Position numbers and translations under genes: made by a program. From a virus (Duplodnaviria > Caudoviricetes): DNA of 64,000 bases. The notes beneath the pieces are model-generated. The model was not told where the DNA came from. It saw only the letters and a list, made by a program, of their open reading frames with translations, and did not search any database. Within the stretch, counting starts at the first letter, position 1; each line of letters starts with the position of its first letter. The stretch covers positions 10,055 through 74,054 of the IMG/VR virus record IMGVR_UViG_3300037420_002493. The stretch is one strand, 5' to 3'. Below are positions 18,342-27,023 of this stretch, in pieces.

Positions 18342-18980
18342 ATGGATCGCGTAACTTTTATCATTGACGGATTTAATCTGTATCACTCAGTTCGTCAAGC
18401 TTCTAGGGATTCAGGTGGTTCGTCTACAAAATGGCTTGATATCAAAAGCTTGTGTTCGTCGTATCTCTATCTTTTTGGTAGAGCCGCCGTCCTCCATGAG
18501 ATTTATTATTTTTCTGCTCTAGCTAACCACCTAGAAGCCGTTAATCCTGACGTAACCGAAAGACACAGGAGCTTCATCAAGTGTTTACAGGCAACGGGTG
18601 TGAAGACGGAACTTAACCGATTTAAAAGAAAGTCCATGACCTGTCCCTCATGCAGGCACGGTTTTAACAGGTATGAGGAGAAAGAAACAGATGTGGCAGT
18701 GGCAGTCAAACTGCTGGAGCTATTTTTCACTGATAACTGTGACATAGCGGTACTTATAACAGGCGACACTGATTTGGCTCCAGCTGTTAGAACCGCCAAT
18801 CAGATTTTTGCCAGCAAGAAAGTTGTTTTCGCCTTCCCTTACAAGCGAAAGAATCAGGAGCTATTGAGATTAGCGCCAGGGTCGTTTGACATCAATAAGA
18901 GGAAGTATTTGGCGCATCAATTTTCTGATCCATATATACTGCCAGACGGTTCAAAGATTCACAAACCTAGCAGTTGGTAA
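18342..18980 (+). CDS. NYN/LabA-DUF88 (PIN-fold) ribonuclease
   Basis: FIIDGFNLYH; EKETDVAVA; ITGDTDLAP. Confidence 0.9.
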   Translation: MDRVTFIIDGFNLYHSVRQASRDSGGSSTKWLDIKSLCSSYLYLFGRAAVLHEIYYFSALANHLEAVNPDVTERHRSFIKCLQATGVKTELNRFKRKSMTCPSCRHGFNRYEEKETDVAVAVKLLELFFTDNCDIAVLITGDTDLAPAVRTANQIFASKKVVFAFPYKRKNQELLRLAPGSFDINKRKYLAHQFSDPYILPDGSKIHKPSSW

Positions 18981-19063
18981 AAACTCTATAGATTAAACAT
19001 AAGGCTATGCTTTAAAGGCAAAAGTTATTGCTATTGCTACCCTACAAGCATTTAGGCAGTCCT

Positions 19064-19603
19064 ATGACCGTATCCACCTACAAATGGACGATCGACCGTT
19101 ATCATCAAGCCGTTGATGCTGGGATTTTTCATGACCAGTCGATCGAGCTATTGAAGGGAGAACTTGTTTTAATGCCACCTGAAGGACCGGAACACGCTCA
19201 TCGCTGCGAGACGGCTGCACGGTATTTAGAGCGTCTGTTTGGTGAGGGTTGGTGGTCACGTCAGGGTAAGCCCATCACTCTAGCCGATTCTGAGCCGCAG
19301 CCTGATATCGCGATCGTGCGTGAGCAAGATTACACGAACGGGCATCCTACCCCTAACGACATTCGGCTTGTGGTGGAATACGCCTACAGCACTCAAGCAA
19401 AAGATACGGGCATGAAGCGAGACGTTTATGCAGAAGCAGGCATTTTAGATTATCTAGTGATTGACCTGAAACGATCTGCCGTGATTCATTACGCTAATCC
19501 TGTTGAGGGCAGCTACACCACAGAGCAAACGTTCACCGATGGCATGATTCAGATTGGGCAGGTCACGATCGATGTTCGGAGACTGCTGAGATCTGTACTT
19601 TAG
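19064..19603 (+). CDS. Uma2-family endonuclease
   Basis: WTIDRYHQ; ELLKGEL; EPQPDIAI; LVVEYA; KRDVYAEAGI. Confidence 0.9.
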   Translation: MTVSTYKWTIDRYHQAVDAGIFHDQSIELLKGELVLMPPEGPEHAHRCETAARYLERLFGEGWWSRQGKPITLADSEPQPDIAIVREQDYTNGHPTPNDIRLVVEYAYSTQAKDTGMKRDVYAEAGILDYLVIDLKRSAVIHYANPVEGSYTTEQTFTDGMIQIGQVTIDVRRLLRSVL

Positions 19604-19677
19604 AAGTGATGACCAAATCGGTCAGCAGTCCTGCTACAGTAACCTGGTTGTAGCTGCAATTTCTAAGAGTATCAGTA

Positions 19678-20271
19678 ATGGATAATGACCCTCTACTAAC
19701 AGAGAGTGAAATTGAAAGGCTTCAGGAGCGGCTGAGTCAGGAGGTAGGAGATTTTGTTGTGGGTCTTGCAAGGGAAGGGGAGCGAGCAGCGGTGGTTTTG
19801 GGTGCCGCTCGCTTAGATGTAAGCCTTGAAAACCTTCTCAAGAAGTTAATGCACCCTCATCCTGGTGGTTCGGATAATCTCTTTGATTCTCAGCGTCCTC
19901 TTAGCTCCTTTTCTACCAAAATTGCTCTTGCATATAGATTAGGCGTGATCGACAGAAGCTTTGAACACGCTTTGCAGATGGTAAGAAAAATTCGGAATGA
20001 TTTTGCTCATTCCATTGCTGTTGCGAGTCTTTCTGCCCCACCCTACAAAAATCAGCTTAACGAGCTAATTAAAGACGTTAAAAAAGATGGGGATTCTTTC
20101 GACAATATAGCGAGTGGCTTGAGAGAACAAAGATTTCCTGAAGAAGTATTGGATTTCTGTGCTGCCGTTATGATATTGCTCATGCGACTTGAAATGCTGA
20201 CAGAAGTGAGCGTTCAGTTCCAACCAGCCAGGACAGCAAAACTAGATAAAACTCGATTTCTAGAAAATTGA
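19678..20271 (+). CDS. MltR-like / HEPN-motif protein
   Basis: ERAAVVLGAARLD; PLSSFSTKIALAYRLG; RNDFAH (Rx4H). Confidence 0.7.
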   Translation: MDNDPLLTESEIERLQERLSQEVGDFVVGLAREGERAAVVLGAARLDVSLENLLKKLMHPHPGGSDNLFDSQRPLSSFSTKIALAYRLGVIDRSFEHALQMVRKIRNDFAHSIAVASLSAPPYKNQLNELIKDVKKDGDSFDNIASGLREQRFPEEVLDFCAAVMILLMRLEMLTEVSVQFQPARTAKLDKTRFLEN

Positions 20272-20432
20272 AGCTGCTTGAGTCGCACAACAACAATTGG
20301 TCATAGCTGACCAATTTCAGGAAGGGACGATCGTCCCTTCCACTGAATCCATTCGGTGAAGCCAACACATAAATCATCCCTTCTTTTCTAAACAGCGTGT
20401 GCTAATGTCAGGGAAAGAGTTAACGCTGTATT

Positions 20433-20648
20433 ATGCCAAGAAGCACAAAGATTTCGACAAACATTGTTTTAGGTGACACAGCCGATGAGCGCGATCGTCG
20501 CCTAAATTCATTACGTGAAATCGCCTCATACTGCGGCTATACAGGTAGGTATGGCGGTAATATTAGCGAGTTGCTATGTGCGATTGCCGATTTACCGGAA
20601 GAGGATAGAAAGGTGATTGCGGGCGTGCTCCAGAAATTTTTGAAATAG
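20433..20648 (+). CDS. Small putative DNA-binding regulator
   Basis: 71 aa; NISELLCAIAD; precedes operator-containing promoter. Confidence 0.45.
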   Translation: MPRSTKISTNIVLGDTADERDRRLNSLREIASYCGYTGRYGGNISELLCAIADLPEEDRKVIAGVLQKFLK

Positions 20649-20651
20649 GGG

Positions 20652-20680
20652 TTGACGCTTCATTTAGCATACGCTAAATT
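20652..20680 (+). promoter_or_regulatory. Promoter with palindromic operator
   Basis: TTGACG-17-TAAATT containing ATTTAGC-N4-GCTAAAT (20662-20679). Confidence 0.6.
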
Positions 20681-20737
20681 AGATTCATCGAGAGCAAACG
20701 CCACACACCGCTCTCCCAAGTTTTAGGAATCGCTACC

Positions 20738-20965
20738 ATGCCTCAAGCTACTCAAGCCCAAGTCCAGTCTCTCATCGCTCAAGGTTACGTTTGCCCGGAG
20801 CGGATTGCCGCTCTACCATCCGACGCGGTTCTAACCCGTATCCACTGGGTTTATATCAGTGACGAAGAGTATTCGTTAGACCTTGACGCATGGATTAACT
20901 ATGCCGAGGCTCAATACCCTGGTCTCGATGTCGAAGCTCTCGACATGGCGATCGGGTGCTGCTAG
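20738..20965 (+). CDS. Hypothetical protein
   Basis: 75 aa; AGGA upstream. Confidence 0.5.
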   Translation: MPQATQAQVQSLIAQGYVCPERIAALPSDAVLTRIHWVYISDEEYSLDLDAWINYAEAQYPGLDVEALDMAIGCC

Positions 20966-21058
20966 TGCGACAAAGCCGCGATGGTGCCGGATCGAATCCG
21001 GTTCGCTCTCTCGCCTCATTCGAGGCACAACGTAAACACTTTTTTGGAGAATTCAATC

Positions 21059-21571
21059 ATGCTGACTATCAAAACCCTCGCAACCGCTTCTCTCGAACAA
21101 CTCAGAGCCTTTGCAGCAGAACACGGCATCGTTCCCGTTGGCGATAAGCGCCGTTTGGATACTTACCGTGATGCGATTCAAGACTTCTTCGCTGCTATGA
21201 AAGAGGTGGTTACAGAAGGCGTTGTTGTAGCTGCCCGCGTTGCTGACCAAGTAGCAGAAGCTGTCACCAGCAAAGAGGCGAAAGCATTCTATGGCAAGGT
21301 TTACGCTGCTGCTAAGGTGGTTGGGAAAATTTTCATCCATCTCATGCTGATCACGATCGCTCTTGGAATGCTTGCCCGTGACGTGTGGCAGAGTCGGGAG
21401 GAGGTGAAAGCCTCGATCGTGACTCTCTATCACCGCTCAATCTGCTCTACACAGGATTGGCTCAAAGCTCAGTCGAGAAAGGGTAGAGACGCGGTGAGGA
21501 TCAACATTATTCAGCCCGTTCTCAACCATCGTGAGCGGATTCGGGCAATGGCAAGAGCAGCCGCTAGGTGA
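21059..21571 (+). CDS. SAP/HeH-like N-term plus hydrophobic segment
   Basis: LATASLEQLRAFAAEHGI.PVGDKR; paralog at 49411. Confidence 0.65.
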   Translation: MLTIKTLATASLEQLRAFAAEHGIVPVGDKRRLDTYRDAIQDFFAAMKEVVTEGVVVAARVADQVAEAVTSKEAKAFYGKVYAAAKVVGKIFIHLMLITIALGMLARDVWQSREEVKASIVTLYHRSICSTQDWLKAQSRKGRDAVRINIIQPVLNHRERIRAMARAAAR

Positions 21572-21665
21572 TGGTAGTCGTAATGAAATCGGTCATAGCT
21601 GACCGATTTCACCTGCATAAAGTCAGGCATAATGGGGCAGCCTCTACGACTCTACACCTCACCTA

Positions 21666-22991
21666 ATGTCGATCAATTTTTCAGAGCTTAAAACAACTGA
21701 AGATGTTTACATCGAAATTGGTCGCCGCTATGTCGCTGAAACGCGGCTCCAGGAAGCGATCGCGGCTGCATTAAACGGCACTTACTATGAATTTGCTGCC
21801 GCCAAGAAGAAGGCGTCAGGTAAGAAAAACTGTAATCCCGCAAAGAGTCATTTCTGCCAGACCCCAAACGGAACAGGAAGCTGTGTCTCGCTGGGCAAGC
21901 AATGCAAATTCAAGCCAAGTGGCAGCGTCAAGCAAGCCGCAGTTTACACTGGCGAAAATGCGTCATCCGCGATCGCGGCACCTGAAAAACCTAAAAAATC
22001 AACAAAGAAAACGACCAAGAAGGCAGAAGCGGTTCCTGTAAAAGAAATTGACACAGCAGGAATTCATGAAGATTTTGTTCCTCTTTATAAAATGGCTAAT
22101 GGTTTCAAGCCTGATGAGATTAAACTGACGGATGATCAAGTCGAGGCTGCGAAGGGGTTTATGGAAGACAAATATAAAGGGACTCCAAAACAAAAGCAGA
22201 TCAAAAAAGAAGGCAAAACCACAGACGAGGAGTCGCAGGCTTTGGCTAATTGGCTAGGAATCTCCTATCAAGAAATGAGTGCCAGGATCTGGAAAGCTAC
22301 TTCGGTAGAAGATTCTGACGGGGGAATTCTAGCGGCGGATATTTTAGCAGCTAAAGCTTTGCATAAATTACCATCCGCTACAGCCGAACAAATCGCCAAA
22401 GGTGCTGAAAAGAAAGGGGTTTACGATTTTGATCCTACCAAGCCATTAAAACGATGGATGAGGATTAAAGGCGAGGGTGGGGCAGAAGAGTTTATCAAAA
22501 AATACCAAGATAATATTGGGAAAGAGATCACCGAGGATAATTTTTTTGGAACTTCCCACCTTAGCGCCAATCAAATGTCGGCATTCTCAACAGGTGCAAA
22601 CGTAATCTATCAGGTTGAGGCAAAACTTGATGGGACGGGGCAAGGGAAATATGTAGATCACTACAAGAAGACAATGAGCGAAGGGGAGATTCTATTCCCT
22701 CCATACTCAAAATTCAAAGTTGTCAAAGTCGTCGCGCCAAAAACAGATCCCCTAAGCAAAGAGGAACATACTTCTATTGCTATCCATGATGCAGTCGAGG
22801 AAGCAAAATTTATGTCGTCTTTGATTGGAACCTCAATGAAGGGGCAATACAAGTATCTCACAGGAAAAACACTACCAAAAGACTGGAAAGACCAAGTAGA
22901 GCTTGCCAAGAAAGCCAAAGAAAAATTGAAAAACTTCGATAGCCAAGATGGGCATCTTGATGCCTATACCATCCATTTACAGGAGATCTAA
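21666..22991 (+). CDS. Head-associated protein with C-terminal ADP-ribosyltransferase (R-S-ExE type) domain
   Basis: LKRWMR; FFGTSH; SEGEILFPPYSKFKV; Cys-rich N-term. Confidence 0.7.
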   Translation: MSINFSELKTTEDVYIEIGRRYVAETRLQEAIAAALNGTYYEFAAAKKKASGKKNCNPAKSHFCQTPNGTGSCVSLGKQCKFKPSGSVKQAAVYTGENASSAIAAPEKPKKSTKKTTKKAEAVPVKEIDTAGIHEDFVPLYKMANGFKPDEIKLTDDQVEAAKGFMEDKYKGTPKQKQIKKEGKTTDEESQALANWLGISYQEMSARIWKATSVEDSDGGILAADILAAKALHKLPSATAEQIAKGAEKKGVYDFDPTKPLKRWMRIKGEGGAEEFIKKYQDNIGKEITEDNFFGTSHLSANQMSAFSTGANVIYQVEAKLDGTGQGKYVDHYKKTMSEGEILFPPYSKFKVVKVVAPKTDPLSKEEHTSIAIHDAVEEAKFMSSLIGTSMKGQYKYLTGKTLPKDWKDQVELAKKAKEKLKNFDSQDGHLDAYTIHLQEI

Positions 22992-22999
22992 TAAATCAA

Positions 23000-23248
23000 A
23001 TGTCTGACAATGAAGAGTATGTTTTAGACAGCGCAAAAGAAGAGCAGTTTGTTAAAGAACTGAAAGGTTTACTTGCTGGTGATGGCAACGCATTCGATCG
23101 AATGAATGCGGGACAGGGCGGCGAAGGATTGCCAAAGTGGTTTTTAGATCTTGCAGAAAACCTAAGAAAGCAGGGTGTTACCGACGAAAATTTTGATGAA
23201 TGGTACGCAAAAAACAAGAAAGACAAGGGAAAGAAATTCGACGATTAA
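23000..23248 (+). CDS. Small charged protein, candidate ART immunity
   Basis: Starts 8 nt after ART stop; inside the same palindrome-bounded block. Confidence 0.45.
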   Translation: MSDNEEYVLDSAKEEQFVKELKGLLAGDGNAFDRMNAGQGGEGLPKWFLDLAENLRKQGVTDENFDEWYAKNKKDKGKKFDD

Positions 23249-23366
23249 AACCTATGTCCGAGAGTCGATCGTAAAACTCATTACAACAGCCAAGCAAATC
23301 GGTCATAGCTGACCGATTTCAACTAGATAAAAACGAGCAGATTTAACCCAAGACAAGCCCCTCTCA

Positions 23367-24104
23367 ATGCTCAAACTTCCCACCAATCCAACTGCCGATC
23401 AGATTAAAGCGATCGTCACCGCCACCATCCGTGAAACATTCGAGGACGACGCCACTCTCACAGGCGATATCAAGCCCTATGGGAAAAGCGGATGGCAGGT
23501 TACGTACAAAAGTGGTGATATTGAGTTCATCCTCGAATGGGACGGCAACGAATTCACCAAATATCCCAAGCCTAGTAACTTCAGCGAGTTTGAGTTTGGT
23601 GCCATCATTGACAAGGTTCTGAAGTGGAACGGTCTAGATATTGGCGTTGAGTACAACCCAGGTCAAGTAAGGTTCCCAGGTCGTAAGAACTCAAAGAAAC
23701 TACGATCGGGTTATGGGCATATCCGTAACCATGTGGGGGCAGACGGAGAGGCATTAGACTGCTACATCTATTCAGGGTTGCTAAATGACTCGCAATCTGG
23801 GTCTAATTTGATTTTCCGCGTCACTCAGCTTGCCGACGATGGCGACTTCGACGAGTACAAGTTTATGCTCGGGTATGCCAGTAAGGGAGCTGCTCAGGAT
23901 GCATACTTGCAGGAGATGCCCAAAGAGTTCTTCGGAGGAATTGAAGCGGTCGATCGGGAGCACATTGACGACTACCGCAAACCCTCGAACTACGCAGAAT
24001 CTGAGGTTCTGTCAGATAGTGAGTGGGATGGATTAGCAGGAATTGATGATGCGTCGATCGCGGATGCGCTAGACACGATGGCTGATCCTGGAAATCGGTC
24101 ATAG
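23367..24104 (+). CDS. Phage protein with inorganic-pyrophosphatase-like domain
   Basis: YGHIRNHVGADGEALDCYI; DEYKFMLGY..AQDAYL. Confidence 0.7.
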   Translation: MLKLPTNPTADQIKAIVTATIRETFEDDATLTGDIKPYGKSGWQVTYKSGDIEFILEWDGNEFTKYPKPSNFSEFEFGAIIDKVLKWNGLDIGVEYNPGQVRFPGRKNSKKLRSGYGHIRNHVGADGEALDCYIYSGLLNDSQSGSNLIFRVTQLADDGDFDEYKFMLGYASKGAAQDAYLQEMPKEFFGGIEAVDREHIDDYRKPSNYAESEVLSDSEWDGLAGIDDASIADALDTMADPGNRS

Positions 24105-24122
24105 CTGACCGATTTGATAACC

Positions 24123-24821
24123 ATGCAAGCATTAGCAATTCAATTCGACGAATGGTTTGATGGGATTAAGTGGGATCGGCGCGTGGGGCGCTATCGTCGC
24201 AGTGATGGCAAACTCATTTCTCGTGACACGGTTCTACAACTCACCCGCAATAATATCGACGAACAGCGACAAGAGTTGCTGAAGTTAGCTGACCAATATG
24301 ATGCAGGCGGAATTGATTTAATTGGGCTCCAACGATCGGTAGCCCAAATCATCAAACGGATTCATATTCAGAGCGCGATTCTGGGAAAAGGAGGCGTCGA
24401 TCGGGTCACGGATGCGGATTGGCTCACTGTTGCCCGTGAACTAAAGCGGCAATACTACACGGGCATCGACCCCATTACAGGTCAGCGCTTTGGTTTAAAG
24501 TATCTCGCTCAGAAGTTAGCAAATCAACAACTGTCTCTGGCTCAACTGAAAAACAGTCTGACCATGTTTGCGGCATCTGGGAAAGTGTCATATTTCCGTA
24601 TGGCAACTGCGGCATCAAAAGCAGATGGGTTGCTGTACGGCATTCGAGTATTGGGCAAGCTCGATAACTGCGACGATTGCACGGAATATGCTGCTCTGCC
24701 ACCGCAACCGATCGAAGATGTCATACCGCCTACGCAACGCTGCAAGTGTCGCACAAATTGCGGCTGTAAAATTGTTCCGCTAACACTGCAAGAAGCAATT
24801 TCACGTGGGATGCAGATCTGA
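24123..24821 (+). CDS. Minor head protein (Mu gpF/SPP1 gp7-like)
   Basis: RVLGKLDNCDDC..CRTNCGC at C-term. Confidence 0.65.
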   Translation: MQALAIQFDEWFDGIKWDRRVGRYRRSDGKLISRDTVLQLTRNNIDEQRQELLKLADQYDAGGIDLIGLQRSVAQIIKRIHIQSAILGKGGVDRVTDADWLTVARELKRQYYTGIDPITGQRFGLKYLAQKLANQQLSLAQLKNSLTMFAASGKVSYFRMATAASKADGLLYGIRVLGKLDNCDDCTEYAALPPQPIEDVIPPTQRCKCRTNCGCKIVPLTLQEAISRGMQI

Positions 24822-24885
24822 TCTTGGAAATGACAACTAGAATGAATTGTCCAAAGGCGATGGACAAAGCGGGGGACCGGGAAGC

Positions 24886-25635
24886 ATGACTCAGAAGCGA
24901 ACTGTAACTGGACGGATTCAACGCCCGGATCTAACTGGTTGGGCAAACGCATCAGTTGCATTTAAACTTCAGCCCTATTCTTATACGGACAGTAGTGTAC
25001 TACCACGCTCGATCGTGTCGGCAACAACCGACGAGAATGGCGAGTTTGAGGCTGATCTTTGGGTTAATGAAGAAGGAATTCAGCCTTGTGAATATCGATG
25101 TCGTTTGCCGTCAGGTGAAGAAGTTGTGTTTGTGCTTCCATCTGGCGAGGGAGAGATTAGTTTACCCGCGCTGATTGAGCTTGGACAGCCGCCTGCGCCG
25201 TCAAGCGATACTCTAGTCACTCTGATTCAGTCCCAAATTGAGCAGATTGCTCGCGATGTTCTAGACGCACAGTTGCAACCCCTTTCGGGTGTGGCGGCAA
25301 TTAATCTCAGCGCTCTCCGGGTTGTAGTTTTAAGCGATGACTATGAACTCATTTATGCTGACAGCACCAATCTGGATCATGCTTTTTCTGCACTGGGCAT
25401 CACGACTCAAGCGTTTAATATCGGCACTCAAGCTAGTGGCGTGACTCGCGATCGCGTGAGTGATCCTTCCTGGAATTGGGATATTCGCAAACCAATCTAC
25501 TTGGGTCAAAACGGACAGCTAACCCAAACTTTTCCGACTACAGGTTTCGAGCGGCAAGTCGCGCAAGCTCTTAGCCCGACTGACATTCTATTTTCTGCCG
25601 AGGAGGCGATCGTATGGCAAGCAACGTCTTTCTAG
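24886..25635 (+). CDS. Putative virion protein
   Basis: Beta-rich; W.W..RKPIYLGQNGQLTQ. Confidence 0.5.
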   Translation: MTQKRTVTGRIQRPDLTGWANASVAFKLQPYSYTDSSVLPRSIVSATTDENGEFEADLWVNEEGIQPCEYRCRLPSGEEVVFVLPSGEGEISLPALIELGQPPAPSSDTLVTLIQSQIEQIARDVLDAQLQPLSGVAAINLSALRVVVLSDDYELIYADSTNLDHAFSALGITTQAFNIGTQASGVTRDRVSDPSWNWDIRKPIYLGQNGQLTQTFPTTGFERQVAQALSPTDILFSAEEAIVWQATSF

Positions 25636-26120
25636 GACTACTCAACAATGTCCGAACCTGGATTACAGCAATTTCTCAAAGTGCGGGTGTGGCAGACGCT
25701 AACAAGATTGTCGCGACTGACTCAACGGGGAAGCTGCACATCTCCCTCATGCCGACAGGCGTAAATGCGGAAGCTCTCGCGGTTCCAGTATCCGAGGCGC
25801 TTTCAGCGGGCGACTTTGTAAATCTCTACGATGTAAGCGGCACTCTAACGGCACGAAAAGCAGACGCAAGCAACGGACGCGCTGCACATGGATTTGTCCT
25901 GGCGGCAGCACCATCAGGAACGGCAACGGTCTATCAGGAAGGGCTAAATAATGCTGTTTCTGGTCTAACTGATGGGGCGACCGCCTACCTTGGCACTGCT
26001 GGAGCCGCAGTTACAACCGCGCCATCTTATGTTAGCGGGCGGATCTATCAGGAGTTAGGCTATACCACTTCTGCCACTGCGGTCTTTTTCCAGTTCTCTA
26101 ACGCAATCCCCTACCAATAA
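25614..26120 (+). CDS. Putative virion (cement/fibre-like) protein
   Basis: SEALSAGDFVNL..ARKADAS..AHGFV. Confidence 0.55.
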   Translation: MASNVFLGLLNNVRTWITAISQSAGVADANKIVATDSTGKLHISLMPTGVNAEALAVPVSEALSAGDFVNLYDVSGTLTARKADASNGRAAHGFVLAAAPSGTATVYQEGLNNAVSGLTDGATAYLGTAGAAVTTAPSYVSGRIYQELGYTTSATAVFFQFSNAIPYQ

Positions 26121-27016
26121 TGCCGAGCGTTCTTGCCCTAGTTAACAACGTCAAGAATTGGGTTTCCGCGATCGCTGTGTCTGCGGGGATTGCTGATGCC
26201 AGCAAGGTTCCACTTACCAATAGCAGCGGAATACTTGATAACTCGCTGATTAACTGGGCATCGCCAGGAGCGATCGGAAGCACAACAGCAAGTACGGTTC
26301 GATGCTCTCAGTTTACGGTTGCGGGTTCATCGGGAATAACGAAGGATATTCGTTGGTTTACAGGTACTATTCCGCTTTGGAATCTGTTCTCTAACTCTTC
26401 TGATAACCTGGTTTTGTCCTACTACGATGCGGCGGGCGCTTATTTGGGCGATGCTCTAAGCGTCAATAAAGCAACCGGGGTTATCACCTTCCCAAAGACG
26501 AACATCTTCACGCCGGCTCAAACTTTTAGTGCAGGGCTGAATAGCTCAGGAACGATCGCCGTTACGGGTAGCCAATCTCAGATCACGCTCACGCCGTCCT
26601 CACCCTCGCCAGGTGGGGGTTTTAGATACGTCTATACATCGGGATCATCGATCGGACTGGTGTTTGCGGGCAATGGCTGTAACTTGCAATTCGGTTTAGG
26701 TACATCACTCGCCGCGATTTTTAATTCGGGCAGCCCGTTAACGTTTCAAGCCGATGCATCGGGTACAGCTCAAGGAATGATGTTTGTCGGCACAGGTTCC
26801 GCATTTAGCAGCAGCGATCGGTTACAGGTCAATGGAAATATTGCATCAAACGGATCGGTAAGAGTTGGCTCTTACACGGTTGCTACCGTTCCCGCTAATA
26901 ACGCCAATACTATTGGCGCAATGATTTACGTTTCAAATGAATCTGGCGGCGCAACGATCGCGTTTAGCGACGGAACAAATTGGAGACGAGTGCACGATCG
27001 GGCAATCATTAGCTAG
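26120..27016 (+). CDS. Fibre-like virion protein
   Basis: N-term homologous to 25614 (WxxAIxxSAGxADAxK); Gly/Ser/Thr-rich; C-term FSDGTNWRR. Confidence 0.55.
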   Translation: MPSVLALVNNVKNWVSAIAVSAGIADASKVPLTNSSGILDNSLINWASPGAIGSTTASTVRCSQFTVAGSSGITKDIRWFTGTIPLWNLFSNSSDNLVLSYYDAAGAYLGDALSVNKATGVITFPKTNIFTPAQTFSAGLNSSGTIAVTGSQSQITLTPSSPSPGGGFRYVYTSGSSIGLVFAGNGCNLQFGLGTSLAAIFNSGSPLTFQADASGTAQGMMFVGTGSAFSSSDRLQVNGNIASNGSVRVGSYTVATVPANNANTIGAMIYVSNESGGATIAFSDGTNWRRVHDRAIIS

Positions 27017-27023
27017 GTGAAAT

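Noticed and set aside
20964-21009. tRNA gene
   Set aside because: No D arm or anticodon arm; kept only as a low-interest structure.
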